A DNA stretch of 64,000 nt from an uncultured Bacilli bacterium (GTDB lineage Bacteria; Bacillota_I; Bacilli_A; RF39; UBA660), in contig CAKPFD010000003.1 in NCBI GenBank assembly GCA_934149515.1, positions 8,228 through 72,227 on the forward strand, read 5' to 3'. Numbering within the stretch: the stretch's first letter is position 1; each line of letters opens with the position of its first letter. Both the position numbers and the translations under genes were made by a program. Positions 19,961 through 29,928 of the stretch are shown piece by piece. Under the pieces are notes generated by a model. The model ran no database searches. It saw only the letters and a list, made by a program, of their open reading frames with translations, and was not told the DNA's origin.

Positions 19961-22060
19961 ATGAAACTAAAATTTAGGGCTGATAAAGATGATTTAGTAA
20001 TATTTGGTATATTTGCCATCTTCTTGTTGTATATTGTGTGTATTGGTGTTGTCAATTTACACAGCTTTGCTACAGAAGGTTATTTTAGTACATTCAATCC
20101 TTTTCCAGCTTTTTCTCCTGATTTAATAGGAGTCACATTAGTTGTCTATATTTGTGCTCTTATCGGTATGTTAGTTAGTGTAAAATCTTACTTTTTTGAA
20201 ATGGAAAAAGGCGTTGGTTTTACCACAGAGAAAAAAGATAAGGGGTATTCTAGATGGGCAAAAGATAAAGAATTAAAAGCAGAACTTGCCATGGTTAGAC
20301 CGCAAGATGAAACGTCTAAGGCAGCTGGTGTTCCTCTTATTTTAAAAGATACGGAAGCATGGGTAGATAATGGTGAATATCATACACTAGTTATTGGTGC
20401 CACTGGTAGTGGTAAAACACAAACTGTTATTAAACCGACTGTTAAGTTTTTAGCAAAAGCTGGCGAATCTATGATCATTACCGATCCTAAAGGTGAAATC
20501 TATGAAAGTACAGCAGAAATGTTACGTGACAAAGGGTATGATGTCCAAGTATTAAACTTTCGTGAACCACAAAATGGTACTTGTTGGAATCCACTTTCCT
20601 TACCTTATAGAATGTATAAAAATGGGAATCAAGATAAAGCCATTGAGCTATTAGATGACTTAGCATTAAATATTTTGTATGATGAATCTAGTAGTAATGC
20701 TGATCCTTTCTGGGAAAAGACATCTGCTGATTATTTTTCTGGTGTTGCTTTAGGTCTTTTTGAAGATGCAGAAGAAGAAGAGATCAACATTAATAGCATT
20801 AATTTAATGACAACTGTTGGAGAAGAAAAGTGTGGTGGTACTACTTATATTAAAGAATATTTTAGTGAAAAAGATCCGACTAGTGCTGCTAGTATCAATG
20901 CTTCTGGTACCATTATGGCACCTTCTGAAACAAAAGCATCTATTCTTTCTGTATTTAAACAAAAAATTAAATTATTTGCTTCAAGAGAAAATCTTTCTGA
21001 AATGTTAAGCCGTAGTGATATTGAACTTGCTGATATTGGTCGAAAGAAAACAGCATTGTTCATTGTTATTCAAGATGAAAAGAAAACGTATCACTCTTTG
21101 GTTACTATTTTGTTAAAACAATGTTATGAAACTTTAATTGATGTAGCACAGGAAAATGGTGGAGAACTTCCTGTTCGTACCAATTTCTTGTTGGATGAGT
21201 TTGCTAATATGCCACCATTAAAGGATGTTACAACCATGATTACTGCAGCTCGTTCTCGTCATGTTCGTTTTACGATGATCATTCAGAACTATGCACAGTT
21301 AAATCAAGTTTATGGAAAAGAAAATGCTGAAACCATTCGTGGTAACTGTGGTAATATTATTTATTTGATTTCAACAGAATTAGCAGCATTGGAAGAAATT
21401 TCTAAAATGTGTGGTGAGGTAAAGAGTAAAAAAGATGATAAAACAGCATCTACACCACTTGTTACAGTTTCTGATTTGCAGCGTATGAAGCAGTTTGAAG
21501 TTATTGTTTTACGTTTACGTAAACAACCATTTAAGACAAAGATGACACCTGATTTTAAAATAGATTGGGGCAAAAAATATCCAAAAGCAAAATTTGTTAC
21601 AAGAGAAAAATTACCAGTTAAAACATTTGATATTCGTACGTTTGTCAAAGAAGAAAAAAAACGCAAATTGATTGAAATGGTGAATGCTGCTAATGTAGAT
21701 GCTCAAAGTGGTGGTGCACCATTTATGCCGCCTAACTTATTAGATAGACAACAAGTTTCTCAAAATGAATCACCGGTTCCTGTTTTAAATCCTGGTCTAC
21801 AACAAAAACCAGTAGCAAAACCTGATCTTTCTCCAGCATTTATAGATGAAATGGTGAAGAAAATCGATGCAAGAATTGCTGAACTTGAAAAAGAAGAAGC
21901 ACAGAATCAAAAGGAACAAGAAATGGAAAAGACACTTCCACCAGTTGAAGAAAAGCAATCATTACCTGTTTCAGAACCAGTTAAAAATGAAAAAGATGTT
22001 CCTTTTGAAATTCCAGAGGACGATGATGATGATTTCTTCGATGATTTCTTTGATGAATAA
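19961..22060 (+). CDS. VirD4/TraG-family type IV coupling protein
   Basis: Two N-terminal TMs, Walker A VIGATGSGKTQT, DPKGE and DPFW motifs, Walker B FLLDEFANMP, acidic C-terminal tail EDDDDDFFDDFFDE. Confidence 0.85.
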   Translation: MKLKFRADKDDLVIFGIFAIFLLYIVCIGVVNLHSFATEGYFSTFNPFPAFSPDLIGVTLVVYICALIGMLVSVKSYFFEMEKGVGFTTEKKDKGYSRWAKDKELKAELAMVRPQDETSKAAGVPLILKDTEAWVDNGEYHTLVIGATGSGKTQTVIKPTVKFLAKAGESMIITDPKGEIYESTAEMLRDKGYDVQVLNFREPQNGTCWNPLSLPYRMYKNGNQDKAIELLDDLALNILYDESSSNADPFWEKTSADYFSGVALGLFEDAEEEEININSINLMTTVGEEKCGGTTYIKEYFSEKDPTSAASINASGTIMAPSETKASILSVFKQKIKLFASRENLSEMLSRSDIELADIGRKKTALFIVIQDEKKTYHSLVTILLKQCYETLIDVAQENGGELPVRTNFLLDEFANMPPLKDVTTMITAARSRHVRFTMIIQNYAQLNQVYGKENAETIRGNCGNIIYLISTELAALEEISKMCGEVKSKKDDKTASTPLVTVSDLQRMKQFEVIVLRLRKQPFKTKMTPDFKIDWGKKYPKAKFVTREKLPVKTFDIRTFVKEEKKRKLIEMVNAANVDAQSGGAPFMPPNLLDRQQVSQNESPVPVLNPGLQQKPVAKPDLSPAFIDEMVKKIDARIAELEKEEAQNQKEQEMEKTLPPVEEKQSLPVSEPVKNEKDVPFEIPEDDDDDFFDDFFDE

Positions 22061-22130
22061 TACAATTCTTAGGGATTGTATTTTTTTGGTTGTTCATAGT
22101 ATAATATTTTTAGAATAAGAGGGTATAAAT

Positions 22131-23900
22131 ATGTTAGGAACAATTAAAGAAATTATTCACAATCAAGTCATCGTAGAACTTTCTATTGATATGAGTAAGC
22201 AAGCAAATTTTATTAATCTACATCTTGTATTTGAAGATGATAAGATTAAGATTGTAGGGGAAATTGTCAGTTCTACCATGACCAGTGCAACAGTTAATAT
22301 AGTAGGAGAAATTAAAGATGGGATCTTTTTGCCTGGGGTTAGTAGTAAACCATCTTTTCGTTCACAAGTTCGTATGATAACGCTTGAAGAACTTGCTATG
22401 ATGTTAGGTCCACAAACAGAAACAGAGAATACATTTCCTTTAGGCTATTCTACAATTTATCAAAATTATCCCATTCATGTTAATATTAATGCTTTTTTTA
22501 GTAATCATTTTGCTATTTTAGGAAATAGTGGTAGTGGTAAATCTTTTTCAGTTAGTCGTATGTTACAAAATATCTTTTTTGATATGCAGAAAGCTCCACT
22601 TGGTGCTAGTGTGTTCTTATTTGATGCGTATGGTGAATATACAAATGCGTTTTCTAATTTAGCAGTTACAAATCCTAATCTTCGTTATAAAACATATACA
22701 ACGAATGCTACTTTTGGTGATAGTGATATCTTGAAAATACCATTATGGCTATTAGATGTTGATGATTTAGCATTATTATTAGATGCTACTACGCCTAACC
22801 AATTACCACTATTAAAGAAAACTTTGCAACTTGTTCCAATTTTAACCGGTGAAGAAAAAGATGTAATTGTAGCGAAAAATGATATTATAGCAAGAGCGGT
22901 TTTAGATATTTTATTAAGTGGTCATCAATCTAGTAAGATACGTGATCAAGTAATTGCTGTTTTAACAAAATTTCATACTAGTGACTTAAGCTTAGATAGT
23001 CAGATTGTTCAGCCAGGTTATACAAGAAGCTTGAAGCAATGTCTTTATATTGATAAAATGGGAAAATTACAGGAAATGGAATTGGTTGTTAACTTTGTTA
23101 AAAGTTTCATTCAAGAAGAGCAACAAGAAGTAGCAGCTTTTTCTAAGATGATTGCTTATACCTTAAAAGATTTAGAAACAGCCCTAGATTTTGCTCTTAT
23201 TAGTGAGGGAATCTTGAAAAGTGATAAAGTGTATGATTATGCAAATGTCTTAAGCGTTCGTTTGCACTCTTTAGTCAATAGTCCCAATCATGTTTTCTTT
23301 GATCGCAAAACGTATTTGTCAAGAGAGTCCTTTATTCGCGAATTATTGACATCGTTTGATCATAAAAAGTGTCAAATTGTGAACTTTAATATCAGTTATA
23401 TTGATGATAGATTGGCAAAAGTAATTACAAAAATTTTATCCAAACTATTATTTCAAGCAGCTGTAGAAAATCCAAAAAGAGGAAGTGTTTCTTACCACAT
23501 TATCATCGAAGAAGCACATCGTTATGTTCAAAAAGATACAGATACAGAAATACTTGGATATAATATTTTTGATCGAATTACCAAAGAAGGAAGAAAGTAT
23601 GGTGTCTTGTTAGGTTTGATTACCCAACGTCCTAGTGAATTATCTGATACCGCTATTTCGCAATGTTCTAATTTTCTTATTCTTCGAACCCTTCACCCTA
23701 AAGATTTAGCTTATATTAAAGAAATGGTACCAAATATTTCTATCGAGGTGGTTGATATGCTGAAAAACTTAAAACCTGGGAATTGTATTGCTTTTGGTAG
23801 TGCCTTTTTAGTGCCAGTTCATCTATATTTCTTAAAGCCAAATCCAGAGCCATTGTCAAATAATGTTAATATTTGTCAAATTTGGTATCATAGTGTCTAA
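22131..23900 (+). CDS. HerA/FtsK-superfamily ATPase with N-terminal HAS-barrel (DUF87-like)
   Basis: N-terminal beta-barrel-like segment, Walker A ILGNSGSGKSFS, Walker B HIIIEEAHRYV, Arg-finger region LITQRPSEL. Has its own -10 box (TATAAT) upstream. Confidence 0.6.
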   Translation: MLGTIKEIIHNQVIVELSIDMSKQANFINLHLVFEDDKIKIVGEIVSSTMTSATVNIVGEIKDGIFLPGVSSKPSFRSQVRMITLEELAMMLGPQTETENTFPLGYSTIYQNYPIHVNINAFFSNHFAILGNSGSGKSFSVSRMLQNIFFDMQKAPLGASVFLFDAYGEYTNAFSNLAVTNPNLRYKTYTTNATFGDSDILKIPLWLLDVDDLALLLDATTPNQLPLLKKTLQLVPILTGEEKDVIVAKNDIIARAVLDILLSGHQSSKIRDQVIAVLTKFHTSDLSLDSQIVQPGYTRSLKQCLYIDKMGKLQEMELVVNFVKSFIQEEQQEVAAFSKMIAYTLKDLETALDFALISEGILKSDKVYDYANVLSVRLHSLVNSPNHVFFDRKTYLSRESFIRELLTSFDHKKCQIVNFNISYIDDRLAKVITKILSKLLFQAAVENPKRGSVSYHIIIEEAHRYVQKDTDTEILGYNIFDRITKEGRKYGVLLGLITQRPSELSDTAISQCSNFLILRTLHPKDLAYIKEMVPNISIEVVDMLKNLKPGNCIAFGSAFLVPVHLYFLKPNPEPLSNNVNICQIWYHSV

Positions 23901-23984
23901 ATTTACAGAATGTTTTCATCATTTTCTTGCAAAATGATTGGTAATTTGCCATTTTTTATGTTAGAATGAAGTATAATAGGTAAA

Positions 23985-24446
23985 GTGGAAATAGGAGGAT
24001 TGATAATAATGGGTTTTGATAAATTAAAAAAACTAATTGGACAAGAACCAGATGAAGTAGAAGAAGTAAAAGATGAGGAGTATTATAAAGTGAGTAGAGA
24101 AGATTATAGTTATGAAAATGGAATCGCTGGAAGTAAGATGATGTTGCTTGAACCAAGAGCTTATTCTGAATCACAACAAATTGCAGATTACTTAAAAGAT
24201 AGAAATGCAGTTGTGGTTAATTTAAAACGAGTAACACCAGATCAAGCGAAAAGAATTGTTGATTTCTTAAGTGGTACTTTATATGCAATTGGTGGAGATT
24301 TACAAAAATTAGGTGGAGGAATATTTTTGTGTACACCAAATAATGTAAACGTAGAAGGCAAAATCAGTGAAGATAATGTACCATCTAAACCAACGAAAGC
24401 AACCAAAGCAAAAGCACAAGATGATGACGATGAATTTGATTGGTAA
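23985..24446 (+). CDS. sepF: Cell division protein SepF
   Basis: DUF552-like core [43 protein letters not shown]. Followed by divIVA. Confidence 0.8.
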   Translation: MEIGGLIIMGFDKLKKLIGQEPDEVEEVKDEEYYKVSREDYSYENGIAGSKMMLLEPRAYSESQQIADYLKDRNAVVVNLKRVTPDQAKRIVDFLSGTLYAIGGDLQKLGGGIFLCTPNNVNVEGKISEDNVPSKPTKATKAKAQDDDDEFDW

Positions 24447-24474
24447 ATAGATCCTTCAAAAGGGATGTGATAGA

Positions 24475-24912
24475 ATGGACAAATTTAATTATGAAGCGAA
24501 TGGCTATAATCGTGCTGAAGTAAATAAGTTTGTAGATGACGTAATAAAAGAAACAGAAGGGATTATCCAACAATGTCGAAAGCAAAAAGATACAATTGCT
24601 TTATTATCTGATAAATTAGCACATTATGAACAATTAGAAGATGCTTTGAAGCAATCTTTTATTCAAGCACAAAAAACAACAGATAACATGAAACAATTAG
24701 CTCAAGAGGAAGCAGATAGTCTCATTCATAATGCTAAAAATAATGCTTCAAGAATTGTCAATGAAGCTTTGCTAAAAGCAGAAAAAATTGAAAATGCAGC
24801 CGATCTGTTAGAAAAAAATATGAAAATATTTAAACGAAAACTAAGAATTATTGTAGAACAACAGATGGCCGTTGTAGAAGAAATTGAGACGCTAGATTTA
24901 AATGAACATTAA
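24475..24912 (+). CDS. divIVA: DivIVA-domain protein
   Basis: N-terminus FNYEANGYNRAEVNKFVDDV is typical of DivIVA, followed by coiled coil. Confidence 0.7.
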   Translation: MDKFNYEANGYNRAEVNKFVDDVIKETEGIIQQCRKQKDTIALLSDKLAHYEQLEDALKQSFIQAQKTTDNMKQLAQEEADSLIHNAKNNASRIVNEALLKAEKIENAADLLEKNMKIFKRKLRIIVEQQMAVVEEIETLDLNEH

Positions 24913-24947
24913 TCTGGTGTCTTTTGTTCATAGAAAGGAGCTTTGTA

Positions 24948-25577
24948 GTGAAAGAAAAAAATACAAGCTTAGAAATTTTATTAATGGAATATTCTGCAGC
25001 TTTACAATCATTAGAAACACAACTTGATATTTTATTAAAAGATTTTACTTATAAAAATCATTATAATCCGGTGGAACATGTTAAAAGTAGAATTAAAAGT
25101 TATGATAGTATTGTTAAAAAACTAACCAGTAGAGGGTATGATGTTACAACTAGAAATATAAAAGAGCATGTTCATGATATGGTAGGAATTAGAATTGTTT
25201 GCTCTTTTTTACCTGATGTTTATAAAATTGTTGAAATGATTGAACAATGTGATCAAATTACTATTCACAATCGTAAAGATTATATTGCAAATCCTAAAGA
25301 AACTGGATATTCTAGTTATCATCTATTAGTATATGTACCAGTTTATTTGATGGATGGTGTTACACTAGTAGAAGCAGAAATCCAAATACGAACAATGGCA
25401 ATGGATTTTTGGGCTAGTCTTGATCATAAAATTGGGTATAAATTTCAAGGACAAATACCAAAAGAAATAAGTGATAATCTTTATAAGTGTGCACTTGATA
25501 TTAATGATCTTGATCATAAAATGCTAATATTGAATGATAAAATGAAAAGTATTAAAGAAGATAAAGAAATACTTTAA
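24948..25577 (+). CDS. Small alarmone synthetase (RelA/SpoT-domain GTP pyrophosphokinase, RelQ/YwaC-like)
   Basis: HDMVGIRIVCSFLPDV, YSSYHLLVYV and EIQIRTMAMDFWASLDHK motifs. Start moved to the GTG at 24948, which follows the AAGGAG RBS. Confidence 0.8.
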   Translation: MKEKNTSLEILLMEYSAALQSLETQLDILLKDFTYKNHYNPVEHVKSRIKSYDSIVKKLTSRGYDVTTRNIKEHVHDMVGIRIVCSFLPDVYKIVEMIEQCDQITIHNRKDYIANPKETGYSSYHLLVYVPVYLMDGVTLVEAEIQIRTMAMDFWASLDHKIGYKFQGQIPKEISDNLYKCALDINDLDHKMLILNDKMKSIKEDKEIL

Positions 25578-25595
25578 GATAATGGTGGTGGAAAA

Positions 25596-27359
25596 ATGAA
25601 GAATGATAAGGGTTTTACTTTAATTGAACTACTTGCGTCTATTACGATTATGGCAATTATTTTGTTATTAGTGATACCATCTGTTAGTAAATTAAAAAAT
25701 GATAATCAGTATAAGACATTTGATTATTATGCTGATACTTTGGTTGCCGCTGCTAAGGTATATGTTGCAAGGGAAGATGAAGATTTAACGGATCTTGGAA
25801 CAACTTATTTTTTAGGGTGTGTTGATATTTCTTATCAAGATTTATTAAATAGTGATTTAATTAAACCTTATACTGATAGCCGTTATGATTGTAGTGATGC
25901 TGTTGTGCGTTATACTAAAGAAAAAGGAAAAACAACATATCAATATAATTTAGTGTGTATAGATACAAAAGAAAATAAAGAAGTATATGAGCATCATGTT
26001 TTTCAAGCGGGTGGATGTGAAGTGGCTGTAGATAAAGATGCTTTATTAAGTAATGATGCTTTAGTAAGTAAATTAAAAAAAGCAAATAAAAGTAATTTAG
26101 ATACTTCTAATTCAGAACAAACTTTTATTACAGGAGAAGATCCAAATAACTATGTTTGGTATAGTGGTAAGTTATGGAGAGCAGTATCGATTGATCCAAG
26201 TGATAATAGTGTCAAACTAATCACACAGTGGAATATATCATCTATTCCATATAATGCATCAGATAATACAGCCTTTGAAGGAAGTTATATGCAGCAGTGG
26301 TTAAATGATACAACGACTGATGGTTTCTTAGGAAATTTAAGAAATTATCAAGACTTTATTAAAACTGATAGTGTATGGAATGCAACACAAACAACTATAA
26401 CGACAAAACCAGCAAAAACAACGATGGTAACAAGTGTTGTAGGATTATTAAATATATATGAACAGGCAATAAGTTATAGGAATGCAAAAAAATCTACTGG
26501 TTATTTAAATAATGGACGATATTGGTGGACATTAACACCGAAAAATACTTCTAGTGTGCATTATATAGATTCTTTTGGGCGCTTATTTGATAGTTTTGCT
26601 GATACTTCACTTTCTATCCGTCCTGCAATTAACTTAAAATCAAGTGTAGAAGTTGTATCAGGAAGCGGAACAGAAACTGATCCTTATCGTTTGAAAGGAG
26701 ATAAGGATACACCAGCAACAGGGACCAAACTAGCAACAAGATATAGTGGTGAGTACATTCGTTTTGGAACAGGGGAGAATAATTTATATCAGATTGTTAG
26801 TCATGAAATACTAGGAACTACTAAAATAGTAAGTGCTACTCCTTTAAAAGAAAGTGGAAGTTATAAAAAAATGGCTTTTGCAAGTTCAGAAGTTAATTAT
26901 TCAAGTAATAATACAATAGGATCCTTCTTAAATGGAGAATACTTAACAAGTGGTAGTTATTTAACAACTGATCAAGTCAATATGATAGAAGATAGTACAA
27001 CCTGGTATTTAGGAACAGTAGGAAGTGAGACAAATTATAATTATAAACTAACAAAATATGCTAATGCATCAGGTACTGCATTAGTATCAAATACAACAGT
27101 TGCTAAAGTAGGTCTATTAAGGTTGGGAGAATTAAATACGGGAATTCTTGATAAATATGAGAATGGTACAATTTATTGGTTGTTAACACCATGGAGTTCT
27201 AGCAATATTTATTGTATGAACACTATTGGTAGTGTTATTAGTGCCCAAGTTACAACTTCCTATGGAATTAGACCTAGCATGAATTTAAAATCTCAAGTTA
27301 TTATTACTGGGGGAGAAGGAACAAAAGAAAATCCGTTTACACTTGCATTATCTTCTTAA
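25596..27359 (+). CDS. Large prepilin-type N-terminal cleavage/methylation domain protein (orphan, 587 aa)
   Basis: Class III/type IV pilin signal KGFTLIELLASITIMAIILLLV. Internal duplicated ~60-aa modules (YWWTLTP...RPAINLKSSVEV / IYWLLTP...RPSMNLKSQVII). Confidence 0.7.
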   Translation: MKNDKGFTLIELLASITIMAIILLLVIPSVSKLKNDNQYKTFDYYADTLVAAAKVYVAREDEDLTDLGTTYFLGCVDISYQDLLNSDLIKPYTDSRYDCSDAVVRYTKEKGKTTYQYNLVCIDTKENKEVYEHHVFQAGGCEVAVDKDALLSNDALVSKLKKANKSNLDTSNSEQTFITGEDPNNYVWYSGKLWRAVSIDPSDNSVKLITQWNISSIPYNASDNTAFEGSYMQQWLNDTTTDGFLGNLRNYQDFIKTDSVWNATQTTITTKPAKTTMVTSVVGLLNIYEQAISYRNAKKSTGYLNNGRYWWTLTPKNTSSVHYIDSFGRLFDSFADTSLSIRPAINLKSSVEVVSGSGTETDPYRLKGDKDTPATGTKLATRYSGEYIRFGTGENNLYQIVSHEILGTTKIVSATPLKESGSYKKMAFASSEVNYSSNNTIGSFLNGEYLTSGSYLTTDQVNMIEDSTTWYLGTVGSETNYNYKLTKYANASGTALVSNTTVAKVGLLRLGELNTGILDKYENGTIYWLLTPWSSSNIYCMNTIGSVISAQVTTSYGIRPSMNLKSQVIITGGEGTKENPFTLALSS

Positions 27360-27398
27360 TTAAGAGATAATATAAAATAATTTTAGGTGGTGGTTTGT

Positions 27399-29384
27399 TT
27401 GGAATTATTGGTACCAGCAGGGAATATGGCATCTTTTATTGCAGCGGTTAATCATGGCGCAGATGCTATTTATTTATCTGGAAAAAGTTTTGGAGCAAGA
27501 AGTTTTGCTCCTAATTTTACGATGGAAGAATTAGAACAAGTGTTACATCTTGGTAAGATTTATGGTGTTAAAGTATATGTGACGATGAATACCTTAATTA
27601 AAGATGGCGAAGTAGAAGAATTTTTGCAGCAAGTAGAATTTTTATATCATCATGGTGTTGATGCTATTATTATGCAAGATTTTGGGATGATTAGTCTTTG
27701 TTTAGAAAAATACCCAAATTTAGTGATTCATGCTTCTACACAGATGAATAGTAGTACTATCAAAACAATAGAATTACTTTATCAAATGGGAGTAAAAAGA
27801 GTTGTTTTACCACGAGAATTAACTAAAGAAGAAATAGAAAAAATAACTGCACCAATTGAAATCGAAGTTTTTATTCATGGTGCTTTGTGTGTTAGTTATT
27901 CTGGTTGTTGTTTATTTAGTCAGCGTCTAGGTGGAAGAAGTGGCAATCGTGGGGAATGTGCTGGTAGTTGTCGGCAGCGATATCAGTTATATTTAAAAGA
28001 TCAAAAAATAAAAGATGGTTATTTACTTTCGATGAAAGAATTAAAAGTTGGTCAAGCTATTTCTTTGTTACCTAGCAATGTTACTAGCTTAAAAATAGAA
28101 GGAAGAATGAAAAGTGCTAGTTATGTGGCGTTTATTACTTCTTATTATCGTCAAATTTTAGATGGACAACTACCTAGTCCAAAACAAGAAGAAGATTTAC
28201 AAAGTTTATTTTATCGTGGATTTACAAGAGGACATCTATTTGAAGAAAAGGAACTGATTAATCCTTTATCACCTAATCACATTGGGTTGAAAATTGGAAA
28301 AGTAATTAGGGTAAGTGATGATAAAGTTACAATTTTATTACAACATGCTTTATATCAAAATGATGGTATTCGCTTTGCAAATAGTAAAAAAGGAATGATC
28401 GTAAACTTTTTATATAATCAAAGGGATCAATTGATTCATCATGCTGATAAAGGACAAACTATTATGGTTGATAATAAAGTTGGTTTAAAGATATTAGATG
28501 ATGTTTGTTTGACTAGCAACTCTTTATTAGATGTTAAAGAAGATAGTATTACTAAGAAAATACCTATTGAAATTCAAGTGATTGCCAAAGCACATCAACC
28601 TTTGCAAATTACTTTCAAGGATTCTTCTTCTCATGTAGTTTCTTATAAAGGAGAAGTTGTAGAAGTATCTAAAAATCAACCAGTAACAAGAGATCGAATT
28701 GAAAAACAAATTGCAAAATTAGGGAATACACCATTTGTTGCAACACATATTACTATAGAAAGTGATGATGCTATCTTTGTCCGCATGGGTGATATTAATG
28801 TGGCAAGAAGAATTCTTAGCGAACGATTAATTGGAGTTTTATTAAATGATTATCCAGAACCAATTATCAATGAAGTTACTTATTCAAAGGTGACAAGAAA
28901 AGAATTTGGAAATTTGCAACAGTATCAAATTATACCAAGAAATGAATTTTCTTTTTCTGATATTAAAGATTTTAGTGCTTTATCAAATGTTATGGATGTT
29001 CATGGTAGGAAAGTGATTGGTACTTATCATTTAAATGTTTATAATGCGTATACTGCTTATTATTTGTATCGACTTGGTTATTTGGCATTGACAGTATCTA
29101 TTGAATTATCAGAAAAAGAAATTATGATACTTTCTGAAAACGTAAAGACTTTATTTGGAGATATTCCATTGCTTGTTAAGACAAGTGGTAGAGTAGAAGT
29201 TATGTTGATTAAGGGTAATATTATGGATCTAGAAAAAGGTAAGACTTATGATTTGGTGGATCTTCATTATCGTCATTTTCCAGTTTTTTATGATGGTACG
29301 TGTACACATGTTTTATCCAATGATGAAGTCCATTTAGAAAAGGAAAAATTACCATCTAATTGTTTTGTTTACAATCAATTATAG
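27399..29384 (+). CDS. Peptidase U32 family protein (collagenase-like, with C-terminal extension)
   Basis: N-terminus ELLVPAGN...GADAIYLSG and Cys cluster CVSYSGCC...GECAGSC. Start placed at TTG 27399 after RBS AGGTGGTGG. Confidence 0.8.
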   Translation: MELLVPAGNMASFIAAVNHGADAIYLSGKSFGARSFAPNFTMEELEQVLHLGKIYGVKVYVTMNTLIKDGEVEEFLQQVEFLYHHGVDAIIMQDFGMISLCLEKYPNLVIHASTQMNSSTIKTIELLYQMGVKRVVLPRELTKEEIEKITAPIEIEVFIHGALCVSYSGCCLFSQRLGGRSGNRGECAGSCRQRYQLYLKDQKIKDGYLLSMKELKVGQAISLLPSNVTSLKIEGRMKSASYVAFITSYYRQILDGQLPSPKQEEDLQSLFYRGFTRGHLFEEKELINPLSPNHIGLKIGKVIRVSDDKVTILLQHALYQNDGIRFANSKKGMIVNFLYNQRDQLIHHADKGQTIMVDNKVGLKILDDVCLTSNSLLDVKEDSITKKIPIEIQVIAKAHQPLQITFKDSSSHVVSYKGEVVEVSKNQPVTRDRIEKQIAKLGNTPFVATHITIESDDAIFVRMGDINVARRILSERLIGVLLNDYPEPIINEVTYSKVTRKEFGNLQQYQIIPRNEFSFSDIKDFSALSNVMDVHGRKVIGTYHLNVYNAYTAYYLYRLGYLALTVSIELSEKEIMILSENVKTLFGDIPLLVKTSGRVEVMLIKGNIMDLEKGKTYDLVDLHYRHFPVFYDGTCTHVLSNDEVHLEKEKLPSNCFVYNQL

Positions 29385-29393
29385 ATAAGAATA

Positions 29394-29813
29394 TTAGTTG
29401 TTCTTGTCTTTTTTTATTTTATCATTTCCATCAAAATTCCAGATATTTAAATGACCCTTAGCGGGTATTTTAGAAATTGGTTTTATATTTTCTAATATCC
29501 AAGCGTATCTTCCTATTTTGTATTCTCTAAGATAATATTCTTTTTTGTTTTTCTTTATCCTTTTTATGAATTCTTCATCCATATAAACACAATCTACTAA
29601 AAGACATTTACAAATAATATTTCCATTTTGCATGTCGATGGTTTTTGCTAGTTTTTTTACTGTATCATTTGTCATATATTTTTTTGCTACAGTTTTGCTA
29701 GCATGAATAAATAATTCTCCACGATAATTTGTTTTCCAACTTCTTGTTTCTATTTTTTTCATACCGTTTGCTAAAAAGGAAGCATATGGTTCTTTGATAC
29801 TGATTACTTTCAT
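29394..29813 (-). CDS. ASCH-domain protein
   Basis: N-terminus MKVISIKEPYASFLANGMKKIETRSW resembles the ASCH/PUA-like fold signature. Confidence 0.55.
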   Translation of the reverse strand: MKVISIKEPYASFLANGMKKIETRSWKTNYRGELFIHASKTVAKKYMTNDTVKKLAKTIDMQNGNIICKCLLVDCVYMDEEFIKRIKKNKKEYYLREYKIGRYAWILENIKPISKIPAKGHLNIWNFDGNDKIKKDKNN

Positions 29814-29928
29814 TTCTTCATCTTTCCTATAATTTATTATTATAAATGTTTTTCTTTATCTTTTCATAAAAAACTTTGCTCTTATTTTATTTTGTGTTAA
29901 AATAAAGCAGTAGAAAGGAAGAATTTGC

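Noticed and set aside
24924-24947. TTG start at 24924 for the alarmone synthetase
   Set aside because: The RBS AAGGAG lies inside that extension. The GTG at 24948, 7 nt after the RBS, is the better start.
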